DNA of 64,000 nt from assembly GCA_052327205.1 (NCBI GenBank), contig CM126209.1, positions 63,860,001 to 63,924,000 on the forward strand, read 5' to 3'. Under the pieces are notes generated by a model. The model did not search any database and was not told the DNA's origin. It saw only the letters and a program-made list of their open reading frames with translations. Made by a program: the position numbers and the translations under genes. This stretch comes from Somniosus microcephalus (taxonomy: Eukaryota). Below are positions 47,485 to 60,504 of this stretch, piece by piece (within the stretch, counting starts at the first letter, position 1; each line of letters begins with the position of its first letter).

Positions 47485-48415
47485 TTTTTAAAATTCGTTT
47501 ATGGGATGTGTGCATCATTGGCAAAGCCAGCATTTATTGCCCATCCCTAATTCCCCTTGAGAAGGCAGTGGTGAGCCACCTTCTTGAACCGCTGCAGTCC
47601 GAGTGGTGAAGGTACTCCCACAGTGCTGTTAGGGAGGGAGTTCCAGGATTTTGACCCAGCGACGATGAAGGATCAGCGAGTTGGAGGGGAACTTGGCGGT
47701 GGTGGTGTTCCCATGCACCTGCTGCCCTTGTCCTTCTAGGTGGAAGAGGTCGCGGGTTTGGGAGGTGCTGCCGAAGAAGCCTTGGCGAGTTGCTGCAGTG
47801 CATCTTGTAGATGGTACACAATGCAGCCATGGTACATCGGTGGTGGAGGGAGTGAATGTTAAAGGTGGTGGATGGGGTGCCAATCAAGTGGGCTGCTTTG
47901 TCCTGGATGGTGTCTAGCTTCTTGAGTGTTGTTGGAGCTGTACTCATCCAGGCAAGTGGAGAGTATTCTATCACACTCCTTACTTGTGCTTTGTAGATGG
48001 TGGAAAGGCTTTGGGGAGTCAGGAGGCGAGACACTCGTCGCAGAACACTTAGCCTCTGACCTGCTCTTGTTGCCACTGTATTTAAATGGCTGGTCCAGTT
48101 AAGTTTCTGGTCAATGGTGACCCCCAGGATGTTGATGGTGGGGGATTCAGCGATCGTAATGTCATTGAATGTCAAGGGGCAGTGGTTAGACTCTCGCTTG
48201 TTGGAGATAAGTCATTGCCTGGCATTTGTGTGGTGTGAATGTTACCTGCCACTTATCAACCCAAGCCTGAACGTCGTCCAGATCTTGTTGCATGCGGGCT
48301 TGGACTGCTTCATTATCTGAGGAGTTGTGAATAGCACTGAACACTGTGCAATCATCAGCGAACATCCCTGTTTCTGACCTTATGTTGGAGGGAATGTCAT
48401 TGGTGAAGCAGCTGA
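47485..48415 (-). mobile_element. 5'-truncated CR1/L2-group LINE (RT C-terminal part)
   Basis: MFADDCT, ILGVTIDQKLNW, YKAQVRSVIEYSPLAW. Confidence 0.88.
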
Positions 48416-48904
48416 ATGCAATTTTGTTCTTTCTTTTAACAACCATTTTTTTTGGAGGAGGCAATGGTATCTAGGACAGTGCCTTGACTGTGTGATAGGG
48501 AGCCATGTAAGGGAGCTAGAACTAGCACTAGAAGGCATTAATGTTTGGGGACTTTGTCAGGAAACATTGCTCATGGGCCTTGGGACCCAGAATTCAAGGC
48601 ATCAATGGCAAAATGGGTTTCAGGCAGATTACAGGCCCTCAGCACAGATAGATGATGGCAGGCAGGGCTGTACAACATGCTGGTCAGCCCAGGTCCATGT
48701 ACCATTTTGGCCAACATGACATAATGGCCCATCCATTGCCCTAGAGGCAGTACATGGGAGAACAATGTGGCTGATCCCCTTTGTCAGAGGGAAGAGCTGT
48801 GAGAAATGACTTGATAAGAATGGGATCTTAAGCTTCAAAAGAACAACACTCAGCAAGGACCTTACAGAACTATGTAAGATATTTAATAGGATAGAAAAGT
48901 GCAC

Positions 48905-49375
48905 CCAACAACAGCAACAATTTGCATTTATATAGCACCTTTAACATCGTAAAACATCCCAAGGTGTTTCACAGGAACGTTTTCAAACAAAAATTTGACA
49001 CCAAGCCACTTAAGGAGATATTAGGACAGATGACCAAAAGCTTGGTCAAAGAGGTAGCTTTTAAGGAGCATCTTAAAGGAGGAGAGAGAGGTAGGGAGGC
49101 AGAGACATTTAGGGAGGGAATTCCAGAGATTAGGACCTAGGCAGCTAAAGGCACAGCCACCAATGGTGGAGCGATTAAAATAGGGGATGCGCAAGAGGCC
49201 AGAATTGGAGGAGCGGAGAGATCTCAGAGGGTTGTAGGACTGAAGGAGGTTACAGAGATAGAGAGAGGTGAGGCCATGGAGGGATTTGAAAACAAGGACG
49301 AGAATTTTAAAATTAAGGCGTTTCCGGACCGGGAGCCAATGTAGGTCAGCGAGCACAGGGGTGATGGGTGAATGG
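48905..49375 (-). mobile_element. L2 LINE 3' fragment
   Basis: ITPVLADLHWLPV..FKILVLVFKSLHG..PNLWNSLP. Confidence 0.88.
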
Positions 49376-50163
49376 GTCACCCAAAAGAATATTTTCAGAT
49401 CTCCCAGATGAGACAAGTTTAGAATTGTGAAAAGACAAATTTAGGACTGATGTCAGGAAGTATTTCTTTATACAGCTGATCAACAGCTGGGACAGGAAGG
49501 CTGGACGAGGTCAGGACACTGGACTCAGTTCTGAAACAGCTAGATGTTTTAATGTTGGAAAGATGGCAGGGTTTGTATTCTGGAAGGAGAGATCAAATGG
49601 TCTGAAGAGCTTCCTATTTTCTGATGTTGGAGCTCAGGCATTAATAATGATGGCAGGACAGGAGAGTGTGAAATCCAAGACTTAAGTTATCAATCGTGCT
49701 GAATTGAGGGGGCATAACAGACATTGATACAGGTAGACTATCCTTTATCCGAAAACCTCGGGACCAGCCGTGTTTCGGTTTTAGGAAAATTTCGGATTTC
49801 GGAAGGTGCGCGAAAACACTTCGGTTTTCAGAGGTAATTCAGTTTTCGGGAGTGCGGATAAAGGATACACTATCCCTTATCCGAAAGGGTGGGATAAATA
49901 ACGACTATAAATACTGTAGTTACAGGGATAAATACTGTAGTACAGTTTATTTGTAAGGAAAACATTCAGTAAAACTTCAAACATGTACAGGCACAAACTA
50001 AGCTAAATACCTGTACATAAACATGCAATAAAGGTACATTACATCTGGCTTGAGGATCTTGGAGAAGATGGTACATCAGTGTTGGCATCATTGTCATCAG
50101 GTTGGAGTTGGACATCTGAAGATGGGCCAGGAAGGAACAGGATTCTCAAGTGATGAAGCAGCA

Positions 50164-51969
50164 TTACATCTGGCTTGAGGATCTTGGAGAAGAGGGTACA
50201 TCAGTGTTGGCATCATTGTCATCAGGTTGGAGTTGGACATCTGAAGATGGGCCAGGAACAGGGTTCTCAAGTGATGAAGCATGACTACGACAGACGGCCT
50301 TTTTAAAGACTTCTTCCAGTGTCATCTGTCTCATTAACATTGGTTTCTGTCTAAGCAGTCTCTCTTTAATTGAGTAAACTTGCATAATCTCTTGCTCACT
50401 GATAAATGCACGTTTTTCAAGGCCAGCAATTAACTGATCACACATTGTCACCATATTGTCTATGGGGATTTTTTCACCTGTGTTCACAATGTCATCATCA
50501 TCATCACTACTGTCCTCATGCTTGTCTTTATTTAACACCATTTCAGCAATTTCCCCATCACTCAACGAATTCACAACAGGTGCATCATTGTCAATGTTCA
50601 GCACTTCTTCGATGTCAGCTTCCTCTAACGTATTTACACTTTCGGATGATAAACCTTTGGCGTAAGTGAGGAGGTTTGATATCATCATCTTCTCCTGACT
50701 GACAGGAAATCCTTCAAACTCGTCATCTGCAGGTCCATCTTCATGAAACATCGTTGAAGGCCAAAGTCTGTGCCAAGCATTTGTTAATGTTGGTTTGTCA
50801 ACATCGTTTCAAGCATTAGCAACTGCATAAATGGCATCCTTAACATTGAATTCTTTCAGGAAGCTTTGGACTCCTTCGCCTCTGTTGATTACATCAAGCA
50901 TAGAGTTCAAAAAAACGTCTTTATACTTGCTCTTCATGGAGCGTAAAATTCCTTGGTCACAAGGCTGTATTAAAGATGTCACATTAGGGGGAAAGTTAAT
51001 GCCGAAAACATAACTTTTCACAAGAAGTTCAGGAGGGGGATGTGCGGAGCAGTTGTCCAGGAACAATAAAATTTTGCAGTTTTCTTCCAGTCCAACTTGC
51101 CTGCAATGAGCTCGTGTCGCTGGTACGAAGTGGTTATTGAACCAGTGAGAAAATATTCCTCTGGTTACCCATGCTTTCCTGCTCGCATAATAATGCACAG
51201 GTAAATTGCATACACCTTTCAAACATCTCGGATGTTGGCTTTTTCCAATCACTACCAACTTTAACTTGTGTGTGCCTGCAGCATTGGCACACCCAAGAAC
51301 AGTCAACCTGTCCTTAGCATCCTTAAAACCTGCTGGTGCACTCTCATCAGCCGTTGCTAATGTTTTTCTAGGAACGTAGCGCCAGAACAGAGCTGTTTCA
51401 TCAGCATTGTAAATTTGTTCAGGACCGAGGTTTTCATCCGATATTATTTTTGCAAACTCATCTATGTAATTTTCAGCTGCTTCATGATCAGCAGAAGCTT
51501 TTTCGCCACAGATTTTCAGATATTTTATACCATGACGCTTCTTAAATTTATGCAGCCAACCTTCTGAATATTCACACTCAACTTCAATGTTCAGTTCTTC
51601 ATGGTATATTCTAGCTTGCTTCATGACCATCAAACCAGTCAGTGGCACACGTTCACCTCTGCGTTGTCGAATCCACTCAATCAGCACACGGTCAAGATCT
51701 TCATTTTTTGCCCTATGCAATGTTTTCCTAATTTTCATTAGTTTATGGTCATCACTGTCAGTGTAAAATTTCAACAACTTGTCTTTCTGTTTCTTTAAGT
51801 CATATACGGTGGTACTTCCCACACCATATTCTTCAGTAAGATGTCGCACAGACACACCACGATCAAGCTTCTGCACTAACTCCACTTTCTGCGATATCGA
51901 TAATGAGTGATGCTTCCTTCTCTGCTTCTCACTGTTACCCATTGGGGTATCTGCAGCTCTTTTTAGCAT
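50164..51969 (-). pseudogene. pogo/Tigger transposase (HTH-psq, CENP-B HTH, DDE_1; JRKL/TIGD-like) with one in-frame stop
   Basis: SEGWLHKFKKRHGI, YNADETAL, FLDNCSAHP, IQPCDQG. The TGA at 50811-50809 sits in AVANA*NDV, where W is expected, and the frame continues to 50164. Confidence 0.93.
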
Positions 51970-51990
51970 TTTCACAAATTGTTAAAAGCC

Positions 51991-52150
51991 AGCAAATATC
52001 TAAGAGAGCAGCAAATATCTAAGAGAGCAGCAAATATCTAAGAGAGCTGCAAATATCTAAGAGAGCAGCAAATATCTAAGAGAGCAGCAAATATCTAAGA
52101 GAGCAGCAAATAGCAGCAAATATCTAAGAGAGCAGCAAATATCACACAGA
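51991..52150. repeat. 19-bp tandem repeat AGCAAATATCTAAGAGAGC (~8 copies) just upstream of the Tigger ORF
   Basis: Directly visible array. Confidence 0.92.
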
Positions 52151-52747
52151 GCAGCATAACACCTGCGTGGGTCAAGCATCGGCAGCGTCGGGTCATGCTT
52201 TGCGCCACTTTCGTCTTTCAGAGGTTTTCTGGTTTCAGATGTGCGGATAAAGGCTGGTACACTATCTCTTATCCGAAATGGGGTGGGGGTCGGCGGGGGT
52301 GGGGTACGGCGGGGGGGTTGGGGGTCGGTGGTGGTCGGGGGTCGGTGGGGGTCGGGTTCGGCCGGGGGGTTGGGGTGGGGGTCGGCGGGGGTCGTGGTCG
52401 TGCGCATTTCGGTTTTCAGAAGTCATGCTTTGCTCCACTTTCGGCTTTCAGAGGTTTTCTGGTTTCGGATGTGTGGATAAAGGCTGGTACACTTACGCTG
52501 AGCGATTTCGGTTTTCAGAAGTGCGGAAAAATGCTACACTATCCCTTATCCGGCTAGGCCTGTAAGTCGTGCGCCACTCTGGTCATGTCGTGCGCACGAC
52601 TTACGCTGACCGAAAAAACCTTCGGTTTTTAGAGGGTTTCGGTTTTCGGAAGTCCGGATAAAGGGTAGTCTACCTGTAATGGGGAGGGGGCTGAGTTCAT
52701 CAAAGCTGCAGGCAGCATTCAGCAGCTCGTAAACAATAATTTCAAAA

Positions 52748-53006
52748 TGCACACTGACCACACCAGTCCTTCCATGCTGGTGAAAGTCACTCTCAGTATC
52801 AAGGATGTCAGGCCTTATATTGTGTGCTGCATTGTAGAAGGAATGAACCTGCGACCGGGAAATGCACTGAAACGATTCCTCGTAGCTCAGACCAAATTAC
52901 ACGATGATGTCTGTCAGAGGAGAACGTTGGCAACTATTGCAACTCATGATCTACATTGGTGAAGGGACCTTTGCTGTATGATGCCAGACCCTCCCATTCC
53001 TTGAAG
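52748..53006 (+). pseudogene. LRRC47: LRRC47 fragment (B3/4-like domain), apparently processed, one frameshift
   Basis: [50 protein letters not shown], then a frameshift, then VKGPLLYDARPSHSLK. This matches vertebrate LRRC47 as I recall it ([57 protein letters not shown]). Confidence 0.88.
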
Positions 53007-53166
53007 TACCAGACCACAAAGAAGGTTTAAGATAAAGATTGAGAAGGATATAAGTGGAGGGAGAGCCAGGGAGAAGCAGGCCCCGGGACGTCAGTACCAC
53101 GGTGGCTGAAGATTGTCGGGCAGGAGTGCGGGAAAGGCGGAGCGAGGCGAGAGTGGACCCTATTGT

Positions 53167-53346
53167 GATGGCGCCGATGAAGATGGCTGCCGTCCTTGCG
53201 GGCTCCGTGCGTACCAGGCAGCTAAGTGTCCTTTGCTGCTTGGTGCACTCGGCTCGTTAAGAAAAAAGCATTTCACTGACTGGATTTCACTTGTTGTATT
53301 TGGTTACGTGACAAATAAAATTGAAATTGAAATTGAAATTGGAATT
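53167..53346 (+). mobile_element. Short non-autonomous retroelement: LINE-like 5' head joined to a LINE-like 3' tail (Rex1/Babar-like)
   Basis: Head GATGGCGCCG..AAGATGGCTGCCGT; tail GCATTTCACTG...GTGACAAATAAA followed by (ATTGAA)n. The family assignment is from recall only. Confidence 0.5.
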
Positions 53347-55842
53347 AATTTACAATATTGCACATACCAGGATTGTTTACACCTTAACCTGGCCCTGCAG
53401 ACCGCTCCAAGGCTGCAGGAAACACACGTCTACATTGTAATGTGCTCCCATAGCATTCTGAGTGCATTAAAAAGCTACAGCATTAAAACTAACAAAGGAA
53501 ATCTGTTGATTAAATGCACCTATTTTCTGAAAATACAACTCTACAATAATATTAACTTGTACATGTATTTCTTACCTTTATTTAACGTACATTTAAGAGA
53601 TGATATTCCAGCAAAGTTATCAATGTTGCCAATTTCTGTTAAAGTAATATCACCTTAACTGAAAATAAAAATTGGGTCCTAAAAGTAAAGCCATGGATAT
53701 TCCAACAGATTTCCACTGTAACTTCAGCTGGAGTCCGTTGGAACATCTGTAAACTAGGCAGGGACTCAACTATGCCAACTACTTTGTAAGGGGGCATCAT
53801 TCCTGGGATTGGGGGGAGGGAGGAGCCACAACACACTTTGCCCCCTGCCTTCCTGGCTCTGCTTGACCTGCCAGCATTAATACAGTGGCAGGTGCCCTAG
53901 ATGTGCCTCTAGTGATGATTGCCTGCTAATAAAATGAAGGAACCTCCCCTTGACCCACAAACATTAGTGGGGTCAGTAGCAGAGGTCCAGCGTGCGTGCA
54001 TCTCAGCACTTACGCCTAGACACAGCGCCCATGGATTTTCAGGGCTGTGGTGTTTTTGTACAGGGGTGTTGAATTAGATGTATGTGTTTTGGTCTTGTGT
54101 GTAATCAGTCATGCAGACGTGATTACTTTTATTTTTAATACTGGATAAAGATTGCGCCTTTAAATTAAGTGGATGGCCTCAGCTGGTGAAGATGTTAGAA
54201 TTTCACTTAAGTGCTTCTGAGTCAATGAATCATCAGTGAATTTTGTAATTGCAGCATCTGCTGCTGTTGCCTGTATTCGGAGACAAGCTCCATGTCAAAC
54301 GGGACATTTCTGAGAAAATTTTATTTCTCACTGTGCAATGATGCCTTTAATCTGTATAAATACAGTATCCTCTCAAAAGGGGTTACTTTTGTTTAGGTTT
54401 TCTTTAAACTCAACTCATAAAAGCGATACAATGCCAGCCATCAGGAGAAGGCTATTTCCTGGGTCAGTGACAAGGCTCAGAATGTGGATTAAAGAGGAAC
54501 GAGCCCAATAGGTTGGCTTACACTCAGCATACTCTGGAGTGCCTGCAGCTTTCACATTTGGGGCACATGTGCCTTTTTTCCGAGGGGTGTAATTCCGCAG
54601 AACTCTGGTTTGTCTTAAGCCTTCCAATTCTCTTCAACAACTAGTGTCCTCATATATTTTCATTGCATGTCATTTGCATTCCCTGCAGGTTGGTACACTG
54701 TCACTAACGGCACAGTCAAGAAAGACTTGGCCCGTGTTCAATACTGTACAACTTATAAGAAGTGTGCAAAAACCTTCTGAAACCAACAGAAGTTTTTTTT
54801 AATGTAAATGCAATTATTGTGTCATTGTAATATCTCTTCCTTAGTTCTTAAGGCTATAAAAATAATTTTAACAGTTCAGAGAAATCAGTCCAAAGAAATT
54901 AACCCAGCACATTCAATTTACTAAACTTGTTTTAGTTCCAGCAGTGGGCTGTTAATAGATACAATGCTTAAAATCCATTATTGCTTGAGATGGTGCTGAA
55001 GATTATAGTGTGAAAAACAATGGTACCTTAAGAACGCACGGTTTATACACGTTACTGTTTATTTTATGGTTTTGCTGATGCTTGAAGTAAACTGAATCAT
55101 AACGCTCGCAGGAGTAAAAATCAGGAAATTGATCAGCATTACAAAGAAACCAGCTGGCAGTGTAAGACATCATTTAAGAACAAATGATTTGATCCTAGCA
55201 GCTGGCAGAAAATTATGTTTCAAAGCATTTTGGATCAAGATTTTATGATAAATTCAGTCTGACGGATGGGACTAATTATGTGACATTCTTATGACATTAA
55301 AACAAAAAGAAACAGTTTAATGTCCATCTATTTGAAAACCCAAACTAAACTTTGTGCAACCAAATTAAAACAATGCATAATATGCCATTTAATTTCAGAG
55401 TATCTTTACCAGGATCCCACAGGGGTGCAATATTCAATGTAGCAACATTTTTATTGCTCATCAAAGTTTTGCTTATTTCCTGTATGATATTATAAAGGAG
55501 CCAAAGTTGAACAAAATGATATAACGATAATGTACTTCCACTTAAACTATATCCAAAAACTGAGCCCAGGCAAGTTGGGCACAATATTAGACCACAGGTC
55601 AAGTGCACTGTGTGTTGCTGTCCTCCATTCCTCATACAGTAAATACGGGTCCATTATTCCTGTTCAGCCACAGGGTAATTTTACAAACCTGTCCTCCTGA
55701 TACATAACCTCGCCCCTGATCTGCACGGCCCCCACCACAAACTCCGTTTCCTCACCAACGAATCCATCGCCCTACCTGGCCACATCCTCCAGCCACCTCC
55801 ATCCTCTCATCAATTGGTCTGAGATGCTATCTCCCACCCATC

Positions 55843-56679
55843 GGGGGCGATTTTCCCAGCCCTGGGGAGGCGGGTTTGGAGGCGGGAAAATGGCAGAATC
55901 TGGGGGCGGGTACCCATCCCACCCCCAACCCGCCTCCATGCTATCTTCCCAGGAGGCGGGTACCTGACCCACGCTGGGTCCCGTCTCCTGGAGGCGGGAA
56001 GCGGATTACAGCCACTTAACTGCCTGTTGACAGGTAGTTAACAGGCAATTAAGAGGATTATCCCCATTTTTCCATCATAGGTGTGGGCTTCCCGACGTCA
56101 GGAAACCCCGCCAGGGTCAGCGAGGCAAACAGTGGGTCTGCGGGAGTCGGAGGGATCCAAAAGTGTGCTGTGGAGGTGAGTGATGGGTGTAAGTGTGGAG
56201 AGATAGGTATGTGAGGTAAGTGAAAAGTGATAGAAAAAGTTTCCTTACCTTTGTTTCCTCCTGCAGGCTTCAATCTTTGGGAATGCGGAGGCTCCGGCAT
56301 CTCAGTGGCAGAGATGACAGATAGGCTGCTGCATTCTCCGATGCAACAGCCATCTGCTTTCTGCTCAGAAAATAGGTTTGGTGAGCCTTGAGTACAAGAA
56401 CTCACCAAACAACAGAGAATGTCAGTGTTTGACAGCTTCTCAAAGCTGTCAAATTATGACAATTCATTAGTCAAAAATTTTTGACAGATGAAACGTCATA
56501 CACTGACGTTCTCTGTAACCGGCTTCCCTTTAATTGGCCTACTAAGCCCGCTGGATGGGCTTAACAAGGTCAATCAAGGGAAAATAGCATGGGTTGGCCA
56601 CAAGTCGATGGAGGCGGGACTAAAACCTGACAAGCAGCAGTCCCGGCTCCAACGTGCCCCCATTGGCAAAATCACCCCC
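55843..56679. mobile_element. Harbinger-type MITE, ATC TSD
   Basis: Ends GGGGGCGATTTT and AAAATCACCCCC with ATC on both sides; homologous to 35963-36797. Confidence 0.85.
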
Positions 56680-56812
56680 ATCGCTTCTAAGCTTCAGATT
56701 CCAAATTGCCTAGACCCCATTCCCCATGACCATTCCCAGATGACAGTCTCCCTCAATTCTTCAAGCCTCAGTCTTCTGTGCCACTATATCCCAGATGCCA
56801 ATACAAGTCCAC

Positions 56813-57660
56813 TACACTTGCTTAAAAATCTGTTCCATTTCCTGCTTTTTTCCAGTTCTGACGAATGGTCATCGACCTGAAACGTTAACTCTGTTTCTCT
56901 CTTCACAGATGCTGCCTGTTTTTATTGCTGTCAGCAATTTAGTATACTGTATTCGTTGTTCACGATGTGGTCTCCTCTACATTGGGGAGACCAAACGCAG
57001 ATTGGGTGACTGCTTTGCGGAACACCTCCGTTCAGTCCATAAGGGGGACCCCAAGCTTCCGGTTGCCTGTCACTTTAATTCACCGCTCCACTCCCACTCA
57101 GACCTCACCGTCCTCGGCCTCTTGCATTGTTCCACGGAAGCTCAGCGTAAGCTTGAGGAACAGCACCTCATCTTTCAATTAGGTACTTTACAGCCTTCTG
57201 GACTCAACATAGAGTTCAACAATTTCAGATCATAACCCCGGCCCCTATCATATATATATTTTTTATCCACACTTTTGTTCTGTTCTTCTCTCCCACATGG
57301 CAGCTGTCTTCCATTCTGCGAGTGCAATTTATACTTCATCTAGAGCCATCCTTTGTTTCTTAACCTGTCCCATTACCATCTCCTTTTGCCTTGAATGTCT
57401 CTTAATCTCTCTTGCCTTCTATCCTATCACAGGCCTTCCCTTTTGTTCTTTCATCACCGCCCCCATTTCCCAGCTCCTACACTTGCTTAAAAATCTGTTC
57501 CATTTCCTGCTTTTTTCCAGTTCTGACAAAAGGTCATCGACCTGAAACGTTAACTCTGTTTCTCTCTCCACAGATGCTGCCTGACCTGCTGAGTATCTCC
57601 AGCATTTTCTGTTTTTATTTCAGATTTCAAGCATCCGCAGTATTTTCTTTTTGTATTTCC
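56813..57660 (+). mobile_element. Penelope-like element: GIY-YIG endonuclease C-terminus between two pLTR segments
   Basis: NLVYCIRCSRCGLLYIGETKRRL..FAEH..VACHFN..LEEQHLIFQLGTLQPSGLN (stop at 57235); direct repeat ~56813-56917 / ~57478-57583. Confidence 0.9.
56854..56890 (+). ncRNA. Minimal type I hammerhead ribozyme motif
   Basis: Stem I AGTT/AACT, core CTGACGA, stem II GGTC-ATC-GACC, then GAAAC-GTT with a loopless palindromic stem III. Confidence 0.7.
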
Positions 57661-57892
57661 ATCTACCTCTAGATCCTCCTAGCTCCCGTCTCCCCATTCC
57701 TGAAGAAAGTGGGGGCCAGGAACAGTACTTTTAAATAAAATTGGAACAGACTGAGATTGAGACTGTGCGACTATATTGGAGCAGTAATCAGAAAGGAGTG
57801 AGGCTGGAGTGGGACACTTACCTAGTAGAGGCTCCCGATGAAGCTGACTCACACAACAGAGCTCGGAATCACAACTGAGCAGGTTGAGGGTG

Positions 57893-58935
57893 AAACATAG
57901 AAACATAGAAAATAGGAGCAGGAGTAGGCCATTCGGCCCCTCGAACCTGCTCCGTCATTAAATGAGATCATGGCTGATCATCCAAATTCAGTACCCTATC
58001 CCTGCTTTCTCCCCATATCCCTTGATCCCTTTAGCCTTAAGAAATATATCCAACTCCTTCTTGAATATATTTAATGAATTGGCCTCAACAGCCTTCTGTG
58101 GTAGAGAATTCCACAGGTTCACCACTCTCTGGGTGAAGAAATTCCTCCTCATCTCAGTCCTAAATGACTTACCCTTATCTTTAGACTGTGACCTCTGGTT
58201 CTGGACTCCCCCGCCATCGGGATCATCCTTCCTGCATCTAGTCTGTCTAGTCCTGTTAGAATTTTATATGTTTCAATGAGATCCCCTCTCATTCTATTAA
58301 ACTCCAGCGAATATAAGCCTAATCGATCCAATCTCTCTTCATACGTCATTCCTGCCATCCCAGGTATCAGTCTGGTGAATCTTCGCTGCACTCCCTCCAT
58401 GGCAAGAACATCCTTCCTCAGATAAGGCGACCAAAACTGCACACAATACTCAAGGTGTGCTCTCACCAAGGCCCTGTACAACTGCAGCAAGACATCCTTG
58501 CTCAAATCCTCTCGCTATGAAGGCCAACATACCATTTGCCTTCTTAACCGTCTGCTGCACCTGCATGCTTACCTTCAGCGACTGGTGCACAAGGACACCC
58601 AGGTCTCGTTGCACTTCCCCTTTTCCCAATCTATTGCCATTCAGATAATAATCTGCCTTCCTGTTTTTGCCACCAAAGTGGATAACCTCGCATTTATCCA
58701 CATTATACTGCATCTGCCATGCATCTGCCCAATCACCCAACCTTTCCAAATCATACTGAAGTTTCTCTGCATCCTCCTCACAGCACACATGCCCACCCAG
58801 CTTTGTGTCGACTGCAAACTTGGAGATATTACATCTAGTTCCCTCATCTAGATCATTAATATATATTGTGAATACCTGGGGTCCTAGCACCGATCCCTGC
58901 GGTACCCCACTAGTCACTGCCTGCCACTCGGAAAG
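57893..58935 (-). mobile_element. 5'-truncated CR1 LINE
   Basis: GVPQGSVLGP, LEYCVQFWSP, MRGDLIE; (AAACATAG)n tail at 57893. Confidence 0.92.
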
Positions 58936-59831
58936 GTGATCACATGATGCAGGTGGCCAATCAAGGATGGGTAGTTGGGAAGACCATGTCTGAGTGTGAA
59001 TCACATGGCAATCAGAAGTAGTGATTTTATATGATTTAGGTAATAATATTCTGATGACAAAAGCAATAGAGAGAGCAAGATAAGACTGTATGGCCTAGAA
59101 ATTCAGTCTGGACACTTTTGGGGCGCTAAAGTCGGGCACTCGCTAAAGTTAGCGCCCGCCGGAAAGTGTAGGCCACATCGCCGAAATTCAGTAGAGTTGG
59201 CCCTAAGTTTGGCCGAGCGCTGAAACTGGCGTTGAAATGCTGTGTTCCGGCACTAAGCCGGCGATGCGGCCTAATAACGCCGAAGCCGGGCGCAGCGCAG
59301 GTGCGGTCATGTTTTGATTGACAGCAGACACCCTGACGCCGGCCAGCTCTTAAAGGGGGAAGGGTCAACTTTGACTGCTGCCACGCCCTGCATACTGGAG
59401 CCCTGCAGCTAGGCCTCAGCACTACTGGTGTGCCAAAATAGCGCCTGGAGCAATGGAGAGGGCCCGTGAGCGAGCGCAGCGCTTCTCAGAGCATGCTCTG
59501 AGTGTGCTCATTCATGGTGTGGAGAAGAGAAGAGCGATCCTGTGCCCGGACAGTGGCAGGAAGGCTCCCAGGAGCCAGTACAGGAGAGCCTGGGGCAAAA
59601 TCGCCCGCAGGGTGTCATCCACCTGTGATGTCCCCAGGAGTGCGGACCAATGCCGCAAGAAGTTCAACGACCTCACTCGGATGGTGAAGGTGAGTACCCT
59701 TTCCAGTGTCCCCCTCATCCTTGCATGTGCACCTCACATTATGGGCAAAGGGACCTCAAAGGCCTAATGGGCAGCCCTCCTCCCGCAGCAATGGCACTTG
59801 CATGTTCATCAATAGCACTTTCTGCACTTAA

Positions 59832-60000
59832 CACACTGGCCAAGCTATTCGACCATGGGAGGCAGTGCACCCAGCAACAGGGCACCACACTGGCCAAGCT
59901 ATTCCACCATGGGAGGCAGTGCACCCAGCAACAGGGCACCACACTGGCCAAGCTATTCCACCATGGGAGGCAGTGCACACAGCGACAGGGCACCACACTG
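59832..60000. repeat. 54-bp tandem repeat (~3 copies) in intron 1 of the H2 Myb-like gene
   Basis: Unit CACACTGGCCAAGCTATTCCACCATGGGAGGCAGTGCACCCAGCAACAGGGCAC. Confidence 0.95.
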
Positions 60001-60504
60001 TACTTAGAGGCCGTCCTTTCTCTTGCAGGCCAAGCTGGCGAGCAATGTAAGGAGCCAGGCTGTCACTGGTGGAGGCCGTCCCGAGTACCAGGTGCTCACT
60101 GATCTGGAGGAGAGCGTGGCACGACTCATGCGTGGCCGGGTGACTGGCCCTGTCGCGATTGGCGAGGCGGACCCTGTACTGGTACCCACTGGTAAGGACA
60201 TGACCGGTTGCACCTCTCTCGTTGCCCTCGCGCTTCAGATCTACATCCTTTCCCACTGACCGACAAATGCGCATAATGCACCACTCAGGCCTCCCTCGCT
60301 GACGGCCTGTCCTCACTCTAAAGCTACTCTTGTGCCTTCCTGCTTTCAGCTGGTGAGGAGGAGGTGGTCCCTGAAGCGCAGAGAGCCAGGCCCTTGGAGG
60401 AGGAGGACGTCGAGGACCAGGAGGAAGGCGGCACATCGGGGGAACCCTCCTCCACGCCAGGGGATGGCAATGGAGGGGAGACGTCTGGCCTGCAGGAGAG
60501 CCAG

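Larger units (their letters stand above)
49730..52676 (-). mobile_element. Full-length Tigger/pogo DNA transposon (2947 bp)
   Basis: TIRs CAGGTAGACTA(T/C)CCTTTATCCG; TA TSDs at 49728-49729 and 52677-52678; internal transposase. Confidence 0.96.

Noticed and set aside
50164-51969. Host gene JRKL or TIGD
   Set aside because: It is flanked by TIRs and TA TSDs, has a MITE derivative, and carries a nonsense codon.
52747-52962. Functional LRRC47 or FARSB exon
   Set aside because: It has a frameshift, no clear splice acceptor, and no other exons of the gene in the window.
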